NCBI RefSeq assembly: GCF_023055435.1
Contig: NW_025964334.1
Coordinates: 1,860,001-1,924,000 of the forward strand
Direction: 5' to 3'
Source of the DNA: Haliotis rufescens
Lineage: Eukaryota
Length of the DNA: 64,000 bases
Within the stretch, counting starts at the first letter, position 1. The number at the start of each line of letters is the position of its first letter. The notes beneath the pieces were generated by a model. The model had not been told where the DNA came from and ran no database searches. It saw nothing but the letters and a program-made list of their open reading frames with translations. Shown one piece after another: positions 48,154 through 59,382 of the stretch. A program made the translations under genes and the position numbers.

Positions 48154-50439
48154 TTTCAAACATTGGCCATTTTCCATGATATTTAGAGTAACACCTCCTA
48201 GGAGGAACACTTTGTTTGATATTCCTATGAGGAATAAATCCGAAATTCATGACAATGGCAGCTCTTTCACATAATGGAACGTCCAAACACCTTATAGTTT
48301 GTCCATCTGGTACAAAAAATATCATGTATAATTCATAAAGGTATTGCCTTTTCAAGTATTGGGTGAAATGAACAGATATTGGTTAACAAGAATTGGTGTT
48401 GACTGGAAAATTAGGATACAAATTCAATTTTCAAAACTGGAAAAAAAGTTTTGAAATAAACCATTCTACAATTGTAGTGGATATTAATACATTTTCAGTT
48501 TTGTGCTTAATTTTAGAAGATTTAGTTTAACTTATCAATATCCTGAGCAGAATGACATTCAGAAAGGATGCATGGGACATTAAGTGCCTAATCCACACCC
48601 AGTGTTTATGAAGGCATCAATCTGCAGTATGACATGTTGTTGGTTACCCGAGAGTTGGACATGTACACTGATTGCCTGGACAAGGTTCCTGGTGCTAGAG
48701 GAAACTGAACTAAGTGAATTAGTGTAGAGTTGTGTGTTCAGTTTTGACTGAATGAGATGGCGCTGTGAGTACTATGAACAGAACCCATGAAGATCTGGAA
48801 GAATAGGTCTTCAGCAACCCATAGGTCTTCAGCAAAAGGCGACTATGCTTGTCGTAAGAGGCAACTAACAGGATCAGGATTGAGTGGTCAGGCTTGCTGA
48901 CTTGGTTGATGCATGTCATCATATTTACGGACCGCCATCATATACCTGCACTATTGCTGAGTGCGGTGTTAAACAACAAACAAAGCGTGTACTCTTCATC
49001 TGTTTGAATTACAAAGCACAAGGACCTCTTCAGTTACTGATTGATTACTAAAGCAAACTGTTCCTGGTTCAATGTTTGACAGTCAAATGTACCACAATCA
49101 ATGAGGTGAATCTTTTTCTACGCCATCTTAGAGTAAAAGTGCAAGTTCAGTGTTGTGAATTATAATAATCTCCACAATTTCATCTCTTTTTCTGAGCACC
49201 AAGAATCCTCATGATTCATAAAGGAAAGAGATGATCATGATGATAATTTGTACCAGGGAACATGCAAGGTTGTTTTGAACCATCACCTGAGATTATGCAA
49301 GTTTTAAGAAATTGTAATTGTTTGTTTCCAAGGGCTGTTAGTGAGGCTATAGAGTAGGCAATGTGTGCCAAATGCTTTTAAGTCATCAAGTCCAAACTTG
49401 TATTTTGGCATTATTTTTACTAGATTTAGGGTTAGTATATGGACTAGAATAGCTGATCAGTTGCCATTTTTCTGGAATCCAACACTCTGGCATCAAACTA
49501 GTGACTAAAGTTGCACACTGGTAGTTTTTTTGTGAAGTAGATTAAAAGGACACATGGTTTACTTGTTGATGTTACTCAGTAACACAATTCCTCAGTGTTT
49601 GTCTCAGTTTCTGTCGCCTCATTTAAATAGGGTATATATACTTGCTGACACTGGGCTTACAGAATTGTTATGCTGACGCTGGTGTCATATTGTTATTGTT
49701 GATGCTTGTTACCATAGTTACTATGTTGGGCAAATGTATCCACTGATATTTCCAAATAGTAGTCATCACGTGTTGCCATTGATTAACAAGTTTGTGTTGG
49801 TGTTTTCGGATTATCTTGGATATATTTGGTCAGCATTATTGTTCCTATTTATTGACGTGAAGGATGGGAACACCTTCACTGAAAGGTTAATGCCACTCTT
49901 CATGTAGTGGAAGAGGACTGCTGCTTGAACTAGCATGGCTTGAGTACCAACTGTAGATGGTAGTTTTGGGACGTTTTCAACATTTCAAGATTAATCTCTG
50001 GTTTTAAAAACCTATTGATTTATAAGGATCATCAGTGAGAACATAAAAATGAGACATTTAGAGCATTCTTTCTCAATATCTTGCTTGCAAAAAACAACTT
50101 ATGAAATAGGACACCTTAAAAGGTCTTTTGCAATATTCCAAACAACAAGAAACCTTGTCTGTTTCCAGATTTTCATTATCTTAAGTTTTAATCTCCATAA
50201 GTTCAGAAGAATAGACTGGAGAACAATCTATCCAAGATATCTTAATTCTATTAATTGATTCCTTGGTTGAAAACTGAATGATCCATTTAGTTTGCTCTAA
50301 AGCAATGTAAGTTCAAGCAGTTTGTTCACCTGGCAATATTCAAAGGACTGTGTTATTATTTTGTTTAAAACCCATACATGTTAAGCAATCCTTTTTTAAG
50401 GCAGGTGGTTTTGCTGTAATTGACTTACAGGAGAGTCCT

Positions 50440-50645
50440 CTTGAGGGAGACTGAAAAGGATGTTGTTGTGATGCTGGGGAGGGAGACTGAAGAGGGTGTT
50501 GTTGAGTTGCTAGGGTCCCCCTGAGGGAGACTGAAGAGGGTGTTGTTGAGTTGCTAGGGTCCCCCTGAGGGTGACTGAAGAGGGTGTTGTTGGGTTGCTA
50601 GGGTCCCCCTGAGGGAGACTGAAGAGGGTGTTATTGTGATGCTTA
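50440..50645. repeat. 44-bp minisatellite, ~4.5 copies
   Basis: CTGAGGGAGACTGAAGAGGGTGTTGTTGAGTTGCTAGGGTCCCC starts at 50521, 50565 and 50609. Confidence 0.92.
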
Positions 50646-51411
50646 TTGAAACAGGTGATTGCATAAAGCATTTTGTCATTTACAAACTTTCCAACTCTAA
50701 ATCTATGTTATCCCCAAATCTTCAGTTTCTAACATTTGTGTAATGATTAAGACATCCAATGATACAAAGTAATGTAGCATAGACTGTGTATGGTATAATA
50801 TATCAGTTATTATTTTACTTTCAAAAGAAAGTTTGATTGCTTCTCTTAAATAAGTGAATGAAATTTTGATGAACATATTTTGTTCTATAGATCTCTTAAC
50901 TTTTAGTTTAGTGGTCTGCAGTGAAAAGGTCAAAATAAAATATCTATGTTTATTCATATACTTGTGAGGGTATATTAACTGTCTTAATTTAGTTTATTTC
51001 AGCAACCACTTATCAATTTGTTAGTTTGTTATATCAATATTTCAGTTTCTTATATCATGTGATTCAAGTAGAATGAAAGTTCCATATCTATTTGAAATGG
51101 CTTTGATTTTGGTCCTGTATGTCTTGTGTTTATTCAAATTTGATATATATGGTATATAAATGTTGAAATTGTGTGTATTGATATATTGAATGTTAAATTC
51201 ACATTGAAATGTTCCAATAAACTTTTGAAATTATGTTTGTTGTCTACGAAATGTATGTCATTAGTCACTGACTCGTGGGAAACCCATCAGACTTGCTAAT
51301 GAAACCTAAGTCATTTGTAAAAAAGCGAACATGTTATCTCCTCATGGGAAATGGGTCACACTTGCTAATGAAATGTATTATCTTCAGACTGTCTTTTTAG
51401 ATCACATCTTT

Positions 51412-51530
51412 GCATCCCCCCAATGGGACTTCAACCACAGTCCTTCGGATCCGAGGTCAGACACATTGTCCACATGATCAAAGCGTTAACCCCATTTGAA
51501 AGCTGACAAGGTGAGGATGTCATCTATTGG
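51412..51530 (-). repeat. Dispersed, diverged copy of the tRNA-Arg-derived repeat head
   Basis: Matches 63521-63640, including the flank AGCTGACAAGGT.AGGATGTCATCT; the minus strand reads TCTGA-CCTCGGA-TCCGA (TCG anticodon). Confidence 0.7.
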
Positions 51531-51771
51531 AGGCAGAGGTGATGTGAGGTGAAATGGGGTTTAATGTTGCGTGGAAGATTATTGCACTTATATAGCATGT
51601 GTGTCTGTGTGGCTAGGTAATACACAAGGTAATGGAGGAAGGAAAGGCCAAGCCTCATGTCTTGCTAGTACTGTGGACTGGATGTAACAATATGGATGTA
51701 CTTTAACCAAAGGTTCACATAATTAGCAGATCAAAATTTAGGGAATTATAGACACAAGGCCTGTTTGTTTC

Positions 51772-52342
51772 CATCTTCCCGAGACAAGAGAGTAAACTGA
51801 CTATAAAAGTCCAGTTTCCGCCCTTGCCGAACTAGGCTGGTATTATGGAGTTACATTTTGGCTGGACTAACGAGTCTGTGCATAGTACAATCAAAATCCG
51901 GTTCCTAAACTGTCATGCAGATTTCGGTCGATCGCAGGATTTGTAAAGCATGTGCACCGCCAAATCGTCAACATATATTTTCCAAATCTTTTCATGTTTT
52001 TAATCAAGGTGCTCAAGTGATGCACTTCGCGATGTAAGACCCGTTTTATCACAATATAGATCTTGATTATCGATCAGATCGTCTTGACTGGGCGCCGTCA
52101 TTTTGTTTGAAGCAAATGCAAGTGATACGAGAGGTGGCATCTAATTGGTCCATAGGAGAGGCTTTGAGGGGACATAACTCGAAAGAGGCCACTGGTGGCG
52201 CTACGATCGAGCCCAGGAATTCCAGCCTAGTTCGGCAAGCCTGACTGACTGATATAGGAGATTTAACGTGCGCTTTCCGACTATAGCGTATTTCGGCAAG
52301 GGTTGAAACTAGACTTTTATAGTCAGATAACTCTCTTGCCTT
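51772..52342 (-). mobile_element. Inverted copy of the long-TIR element (43822 family)
   Basis: Same TIRs and reverse-complemented interior; the right TIR is interrupted by a ~50-bp insert with TTCGGCAAG duplicated. Confidence 0.88.
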
Positions 52343-52986
52343 GGTAAGTTTCCTGTTAGGCGTCATTTAACCTATGAATAAGTGGACATAAGGTTCCCTG
52401 GATGTGTTGTTTGCCCCATGTTTTTAAGAGCTCATTAATTATGACACGTTACAATGTGACCTGGTTGATCGTATCACGGACGTGTATACAATTTCTATAT
52501 ACGTCTTTGATCGTATGTAGAAACGCGGGAGAACAGGTCTTCAGCAACCCATGCTTGTCATAAGAGGCGACTAACGGGATCGAGTGGTCAGGCTTGCTGA
52601 CTTGATTGATGCATGTCATCGTATCCCAAATGCGTGGATCAATGCTGATAATATTAATCACTGGATTGTCTGATTTAGACTATTATTTACAGACCACCGT
52701 CATGTAGCTGGAATATTGCAGAGTGAGGCGTTAAAGAACAAACAAATGTTAGGATCCAATTAATTAGGACAGATTACAATCTGTGACCTGCTTGGTCATA
52801 TGTATAAACTTGTCTGCCTGATCCAGACTCCATTATTACATAGCCTAGGGTTGAATAACTGGAACATTGCTGTCTGACACCACATTCATTCATTCCCAGA
52901 GGATGAATACTGATATTGGTAGCCTATCTGGTTCCATGACCTGAAGACAGATTATCAACACTGACTAGAGATAACAGATGATTTAT

Positions 52987-55367
52987 TTAGCCTTTGCCCT
53001 TGCTTCGCTTGCTGTTATCCTTGCATTTGCATTTCTTCATTAAGCTGCGGAAAATATTCTTTCTTTTGGATCCTTTGGAGACATTGACCTTCTGATCAAT
53101 CAGCTCATTCTTTTCCTCTTTCTCATCTGGGAACACAAAATTCAGTTTGTTAGGAAAACGCGAATAAAACAGTATTCACTCAGTTGGTTGCTTTGAACAT
53201 CTTTCAAGCTGTAACCGGAGACATGGAATGAACAGTTATTCTACCATGATCAGGACATGTTTGAGTGTGCAAGTGATTATTGCTTAACGCCGCATCAACA
53301 ATCTTGCACCTATACGCGGACACGGACCTGGGGTAGAATGTGTCCCCGGCACCCCATTGCTAGCCGTAAGACTACATTGAGAACCCTTGGTGATTCTGGA
53401 TAGATTGACAACACTCTATTGCTTGTCCTAAGAGGCGACTAAATGGATCGGGTGGTCAGGCTCGGTGACTTGGTTGATTGCATGTCAGTATCCCAAATGT
53501 GTGTATCAACGATTCTCATGATGGCAGTCACTGAATTGTCTGGCCAAAACACTATTATTTACAAATCGTGGTTATATAACTGGAATATTATTAAGTGTGG
53601 CATCATACAACAGACAAATCACAAACATATATTATCAATATTAGAAAAGGTACCTTACAACCCTAACAGACTGTCTCGGTCGTCCAGAGCGTCCCCCCGG
53701 AGAGCGGAGGGTCGTAGGTTCGATCCGGGCGCGTCATACCAAAGAGTTAGTGAGTGAGTATGGTTATACGCCGCTTTTAGCAATATTCCAGCAATATCAC
53801 GGCGGGGGACACCAGAAATGGGCTTCACACATTGTACCCATGTCGGGAATCGAACCCGGGTCTTCGACGTGACGAGCGAACGCTTTAACCACTAGGCTAC
53901 CCGACCGCCCCTCATACCAAAGACGTGTAAAGAATGGTACTTGTTGTTACCCTGCCTGGCACTGACATTAAGGGGCTAAAACAAGTACTGGTCGGCTTAG
54001 AGTCAGTATGCCGTGTCTGAGTACGGTATTCATGTTAAACTGAGGCATGGTATCTCAGTGTGCTAGCACTATAAAATCGGCATTAGTCCGGACTAGTTCA
54101 AGCAGCCACACACACGTGCATGCACGTTGCATTATAAGTGCAATAATCTTGGACGCGGGGTTAAACCCCATTCCACCTCACTGCCAACCCTAGCAACCCG
54201 GGTGTTGAACCTAAATTATGGCACTCGCCTTAGTCGCCTCATATCGACTAATGCATGACCTAACTATATAACACATGCACCAGTGCAACCTATTATTGAA
54301 AAAATGCAACCTAACGTTTATGTCTACATGCACTATTAATTTATGTTTTGTTTGTTCGTTGTTTAACGCCACACTCAGCAATATTCCAGCTATATGACGG
54401 CTGTCTGTAAATAATCGAGTCTGGACCAAACAATCCAGTGGTTGGCATGTTGAGCATCAATCCACGCAATTGACATATGATGACATGCATCAACCAAGTC
54501 AGCGAGCCTGACAACCCGAACATTAACTCAGGGAGTCAACAAATCCGCTGGAAGACAACCACCTGTTTGATGGTTGAATTCACATTCAATAAAAGATCTG
54601 ATGATCCTTAAAGAGTATAAAAACCAATACAACAGAAGTTCAATTGTCATAGTCAAAACGTCAGTCCTAGTTTTAAATTCACCTTCCTAGGACTACCATT
54701 TGGCACGAACCAATAACATTCTTTGAATAAGAAGCAGACCCCCAGCCATACCTTCGGCGGTTGACAAGGCGGTGGAGTTTTCCTCTATGGTGGGACCCTC
54801 GCCTGAGGCGGGTATGTCCAGATCAAAAGCAAGTTTGGGAGAGTCCATGCCCTCCTTGGATTGTCCGATGAACATGGATGATTCACTACTGGTGAGAGAC
54901 ATCGATGACCCGCGTCTGAGAGGCAGATGTGATATGTAGCCATAAGGGTCATCCTGGAGATACTTGATCCGATCCAGCCAGTTGTCCCATTTAGAATTCC
55001 CCTCACGCACGGTGGATAACTCGAAATAGCGGGATCGAGTGTGTCTTGCGGACACTTTCAAGATAAAGTCTTCTGGCACGGTTGAGATGTCTACTGATCT
55101 GAGAGGAATGATCCACTTTAACTCCATCCCGTCAACTGCAAGGTCGACATCGACGGTAGAGGTGATGGCAGGATCTTCCTTCCAGTTGAGAATGTATCGT
55201 CTGCCGAGTAGGAGATGGTCTGGAGACAGGCCCAGCACGACCTGCTGTAGAGCATCGCCACATTTGTCCAGCTCTACAAACGTTGCCTCGAGGAGGACAA
55301 TGTCTTCAAGGTCGCTGTATTCATCCATTAGCAGCAGTTTCTGGAGAGGACCCTTGATTTGATCCAT
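52987..55367 (-). CDS. FAM71/GARIN (Golgi-associated RAB2 interactor)-like protein A, about 251 aa
   Basis: Coding exons 55367-54752 (GAAG|GTATGG, phase 1) and 53126-52987 (DEKEEKNELIDQK..KGKG*); acceptor just upstream of 55401 and a candidate non-coding exon ending at 56520 (GTAAGT). Motifs GPLQKLL..DEY, LEATFVEL...G, VVLGLSPD.LLL, MELKWIIPL.SVDIS, RYFEL, W.NW...I..L. Confidence 0.7.
53670..54183 (+). mobile_element. SINE family C with a SINE A copy (53746-53911, -) nested inside
   Basis: 12-bp TSD TCATACCAAAGA at 53734-53745 and 53912-53923; GGTTCGATCC B-box in the host head. Confidence 0.88.
54344..54520 (-). mobile_element. SINE-like family B, 3' half
   Basis: Reverse complement of the family B tail and body. 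Confidence 0.82.
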
Positions 55368-56599
55368 GGTGTTCTGTCTAGACTACTTTGTGGATAACGT
55401 CCTGGAAACACAAGGTGGTCACACAAGGTATAAACTATCTAATATAGGTCGGGGGTCACTGCTTCAAGATATATTTTTCAGAACATCCAGCCTGAGCAGC
55501 GAACAATTTATTTGGTATTCTAAATCCCAAGATATTTTGTCCAATAATTTCTGGAACATTTTTTTTATTCAAAAAACGTACACAGACGCACGCGCACACT
55601 TCTTTTTATCGAAGCAAAATAGATTGTCCCAGAAAATTCTTGACAAAATAAATATACATCAGGCTGTTGAAAAAAAGAAATTGCACAAATATTATAATGT
55701 GTTTTTCTTTGAAATAATATTGAGGCTTATACTTACATTTTAAAAAATATCTGGTTTTGCAGCTGTAGCTGGGAAAAATATCTAATCAAAGAATATAAAA
55801 TGGTCGGTCCCTAACTCTATATGTTTACGGTTCCCCCCACGAATTCGAATTAACAAGGTTTCAATGTACAGAGGTAATCAAAGTTTCCTGAGAAATCTGA
55901 GAAGAAAAATGTCATGGCATTACTTCTAAGCGGTTTCCAGGCCTTGGATGCGTTTAGCTTTATATAGTCAGTCGACTAAATGGAATTGGTGGTCAGGCTC
56001 GGTAAATAGGTTGATTGCGTGTCATCATATCCTAATTGCGTGGATGCTCATGATGTCAGTCACTGGTTTTGTCAGACCCGGACTCTATTTATTTACAGAC
56101 CGCGGCCATATAGTTGGAATATCGCTGGTCTGCGGCGTTAAACAACAAACAAATAATGTTGAGGATGAGTGAATCACGGCGAGGTATCGAACCCGGACCG
56201 GGCCTTCGGCGGGACAAGCGAACACCTTAAGTAGATTCAGTATTCTTTATCTCCAAAAAATATAAGCATCAGTTCTTTTTTCAATAGATATAATCTACGA
56301 TTAATATACAAAGATTTATCTATAATACGCGATGCACTACTTCTTCCATGGTATATCAGTAATTGCGTCATGTAAGGTTTGTTGACAAACAATAAAACTC
56401 ATCATCTGGTAGAATACTGTAATAATCAAAATTAAACAACGCGCATCTTTTTACCTGATTGTTTAAACTCGAATAGGTGTACAAGGATTCTCGGAGCCTT
56501 TTAATGTAAAACAACTTACCGAGATCTGGCAATATAAATGACTTCTGTCTCTTAGCGATGCCACCTGGACGAATGCTGCAGATGTGTGCACTCTGATTA

Positions 56600-56633
56600 T
56601 GACGTCATGTTACCACATGTATTGATGACGTCA
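56600..56633. promoter_or_regulatory. Twin palindromic CRE sites upstream of GARIN-like A
   Basis: TGACGTCA at 56600-56607 and 56626-56633. Confidence 0.6.
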
Positions 56634-56761
56634 AGATTATTGTGCTTTTTCACATCACTGAATCACTCTAATGTGTCGTCAAATTATGAGTTGATTCGTA
56701 ACCTGTGTGTTCCCGCTTCTACAATAACAGTTGGAAAGATGACTCTTGTGAATAGATACTA

Positions 56762-58176
56762 TACTGTCGGGCAAAAGAAAGTAGACACTCATCTCTGATG
56801 GTGGCGAAATACACTCTTCAAAAAAAGAAACGCATAGGTGTTTTGAGAATTCCAATTAGATTTTTTTTCCCAGCAATCGTCATAAAGACAATTCTTATGT
56901 TTGATTCCCGTTAATCATGTCATGTGTGTTGTGCATTGCGCGCAAAACACATCTCAAAATGCTTTTTGTATGCTTCAGCACAATGCATGTGCAAAGTGTT
57001 GGAAACAAGGGTAGAGACACTGACTATAAAATACCGTACAAAATTCATCAGTTCATTACGAATTTTCTGACGTGAACGGAGATCGAAAAATGCCAAGATT
57101 AACTGCAGCTGACCGAAATATCGCCATTGGACGTTTGGAACCAGGGGAGTCCCAGTCTGCCGTTGCAAGACACTTCAACGTTCACCAAAACACCATATCT
57201 CGACTATGGGATCGATATACCCACACTAATTCGATTCAAGATCATCCCAGAAGTGGAAGACCAAGAGTGACCACCCCTGCTCAGGATCGGTACATCCGGT
57301 TGCATCACCTTCGGAATCGATTTGCTACAGCAACGGACACTGCAGGACAAGTGCCTGGTATGCGAAGAATTTCCGACCAAACCATCAGAAATCATCTGAG
57401 GGAAGTGGAAATTCGAGCGAGACGACCAAAAGTTGGACCTGTCTTGCGACGTCTACACCGTCAACGACGTGTCCGGTGGTGCAACAGAGTACAGGCATGG
57501 GATCTCAGGAACTGGCGACGCGTTTGGTTCAGCGATGAGACACGTTATCTTCTTCAACGACGGGATGGAAGACAACGTGTATACCGACGTCGACATGAAC
57601 GTTTTGATCTCAACCCGATTGAACATTTGTGGAACGAACTTGATCGACGCGTCCGTCAACGTCACCAGCGTCCCCACACTGGCACAACACGCCAACGCCT
57701 TACAGGAGGAATGGCGAAGAATTCCCCACGAAAAAATCCGAAGACTTGTGCAATCTGTGCCAAGGAGGTGTCGAGCAGTGACGGCTGCAAGAGGTGGTGT
57801 GACCAGGTTCTGACCATGACGCCCCCTTGTGGCTACACATGTGCAATGACTGACCTGAATTAATGCTGACAATGACGACAATACTTTTGTCGATCACTGT
57901 GTCTAATTTAATTTGATTGTGTGTAGATACTTTTACATCCGCTTAATAAATATCCTTATTTTTTAACTATGCGTTTCTTTATTTTGAAGAGTGTATGAAA
58001 CAACCAAGAAATGGTTATTCGATGGTGATGTATTTTATACGGGTATCAGTTGTATTTTGGACCTTAAGTTTGCATCGTTTCGGCGATTGTTTTCAGCCTA
58101 CTATATTTTTAATAATGTTTGTAATTTTTTAGTCAAATCCAATTTTCAAGTGTATACTTTCTTCTGCTCGGCAGGG
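56762..58176. mobile_element. MITE hosting the Tc1 insertion
   Basis: Inverted ends CTGTCGGGCAAAAGAAAGTAGACACT / AGTGTATACTTTCTTCTGCTCGGCAG. Confidence 0.7.
56812..57993 (+). mobile_element. Internally deleted Tc1/mariner transposon
   Basis: TA-flanked TIRs CACTCTTCAAAA.AAAGAAACGCATAG; transposase MPRLT..HTH..WRRVWFSDETR joined directly to DLNPIEHLW (second catalytic Asp region missing), then a frameshift to ..ARGGVTRF. Confidence 0.93.
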
Positions 58177-59265
58177 TTTTTTCTAACGATATCATGCATT
58201 AGCAATGGATCTGAAAATCTGTTAGGGAGATTTTCACAATGATTTCCGTATGCTAACTTCAGACGTGTCTCCATGATTAAATTACTCACGTTTATTCATG
58301 GCGTTAATGAAAAACAACAGTAAATTGTAATATTTTGTAAAGAGTCTTGTGCCCAGAACGTGCACCTGCAACACAGATATGATGTGCAGCACCAGGGTTC
58401 AGACTTGTCCAGTGGATTACGAAAAATAATATTAAAGAAAACAAGTGAAAATTTAAGAATTTTAACTTTAATTCTTTAAGGGTTATCTTTGTAAAAACAC
58501 AAGACGAAAAGTGCTGAAATGTTGTATAATAGGATGATAATTTGACCCCCACTTGATCATCGGTACCTATACACTACTCTTCTCCAAATCTAAGAGGCTC
58601 AAAGAGATGACGTTTTGGTAGTAAAAGGCACAACAATGAGCTTCAGATATAATCAGGACAAATAGAATTGATTAATTTTCTTAGGATTGCAAAGAAAGTA
58701 ATTTTGTCAGAGTGGTCGAGCTGAAACGTGGTGTAGAGTATTAGGCTTATATATATATTTTTTATGCATAGGTCAACTTTGGCTAGTGAATGTGATATCA
58801 GTACGAACCTGGAATATCCCATTATCAGAAACTGCCGCATCAAATGCGCCAATACGTTTAGCAATGTTTGGTACAGTGTCGATGTCCTTTGCGTTTATGC
58901 CGTGATATGGCTGTAATATTGCTAAAAGTGGCGCAGAACCATACTCACACACTCACTCACTCTTTACATGTATGAATACGACAATTAACAGCCACATTTT
59001 CTTTACCTGACGGCGAAAGATTTCACTGCACCTCAATTTACCTGGTAAGAAACAGTTCTTTGTCGCAATTTGTTGTTATTGAAATAATAAAATATCTTCT
59101 TAGTCAACCCCCAAATTGTGTTGTTATTTTGACACGATTTTGAGACAATGTATACAGACACGATTATCAGCATGTTTTGTGGCAAGAATTGTTCACGTGA
59201 ATCTCACGGAGGTGATCATCGAACTTGGGCTTCTACGTCAACGGGAACCTTACGAGTGTAGAATA

Positions 59266-59289
59266 TGACGTCATAATGGTATGACGTCA
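59266..59289. promoter_or_regulatory. Twin palindromic CRE sites upstream of GARIN-like B
   Basis: TGACGTCA at 59266-59273 and 59282-59289. Confidence 0.6.
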
Positions 59290-59382
59290 CAATCACAGTC
59301 CATCAATAATGATTCCGGTGAGGTGACAACGTATAGCATGACCTGTAGATTCAACAAATTTACAAACAACGCAACTCGGTTC

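Noticed and set aside
52188-52203. CTCF-like motif in the long-TIR element
   Set aside because: CCACTGGTGGCGCT is one base short of the consensus spacing and is degenerate in the other copies.
54693-54751. C-terminus GMAGGLLLIQRMLLVRAKW* of the 224-aa ORF
   Set aside because: Probably intron read-through; a GAAG|GTATGG donor splices in frame to the 53126-52987 exon.
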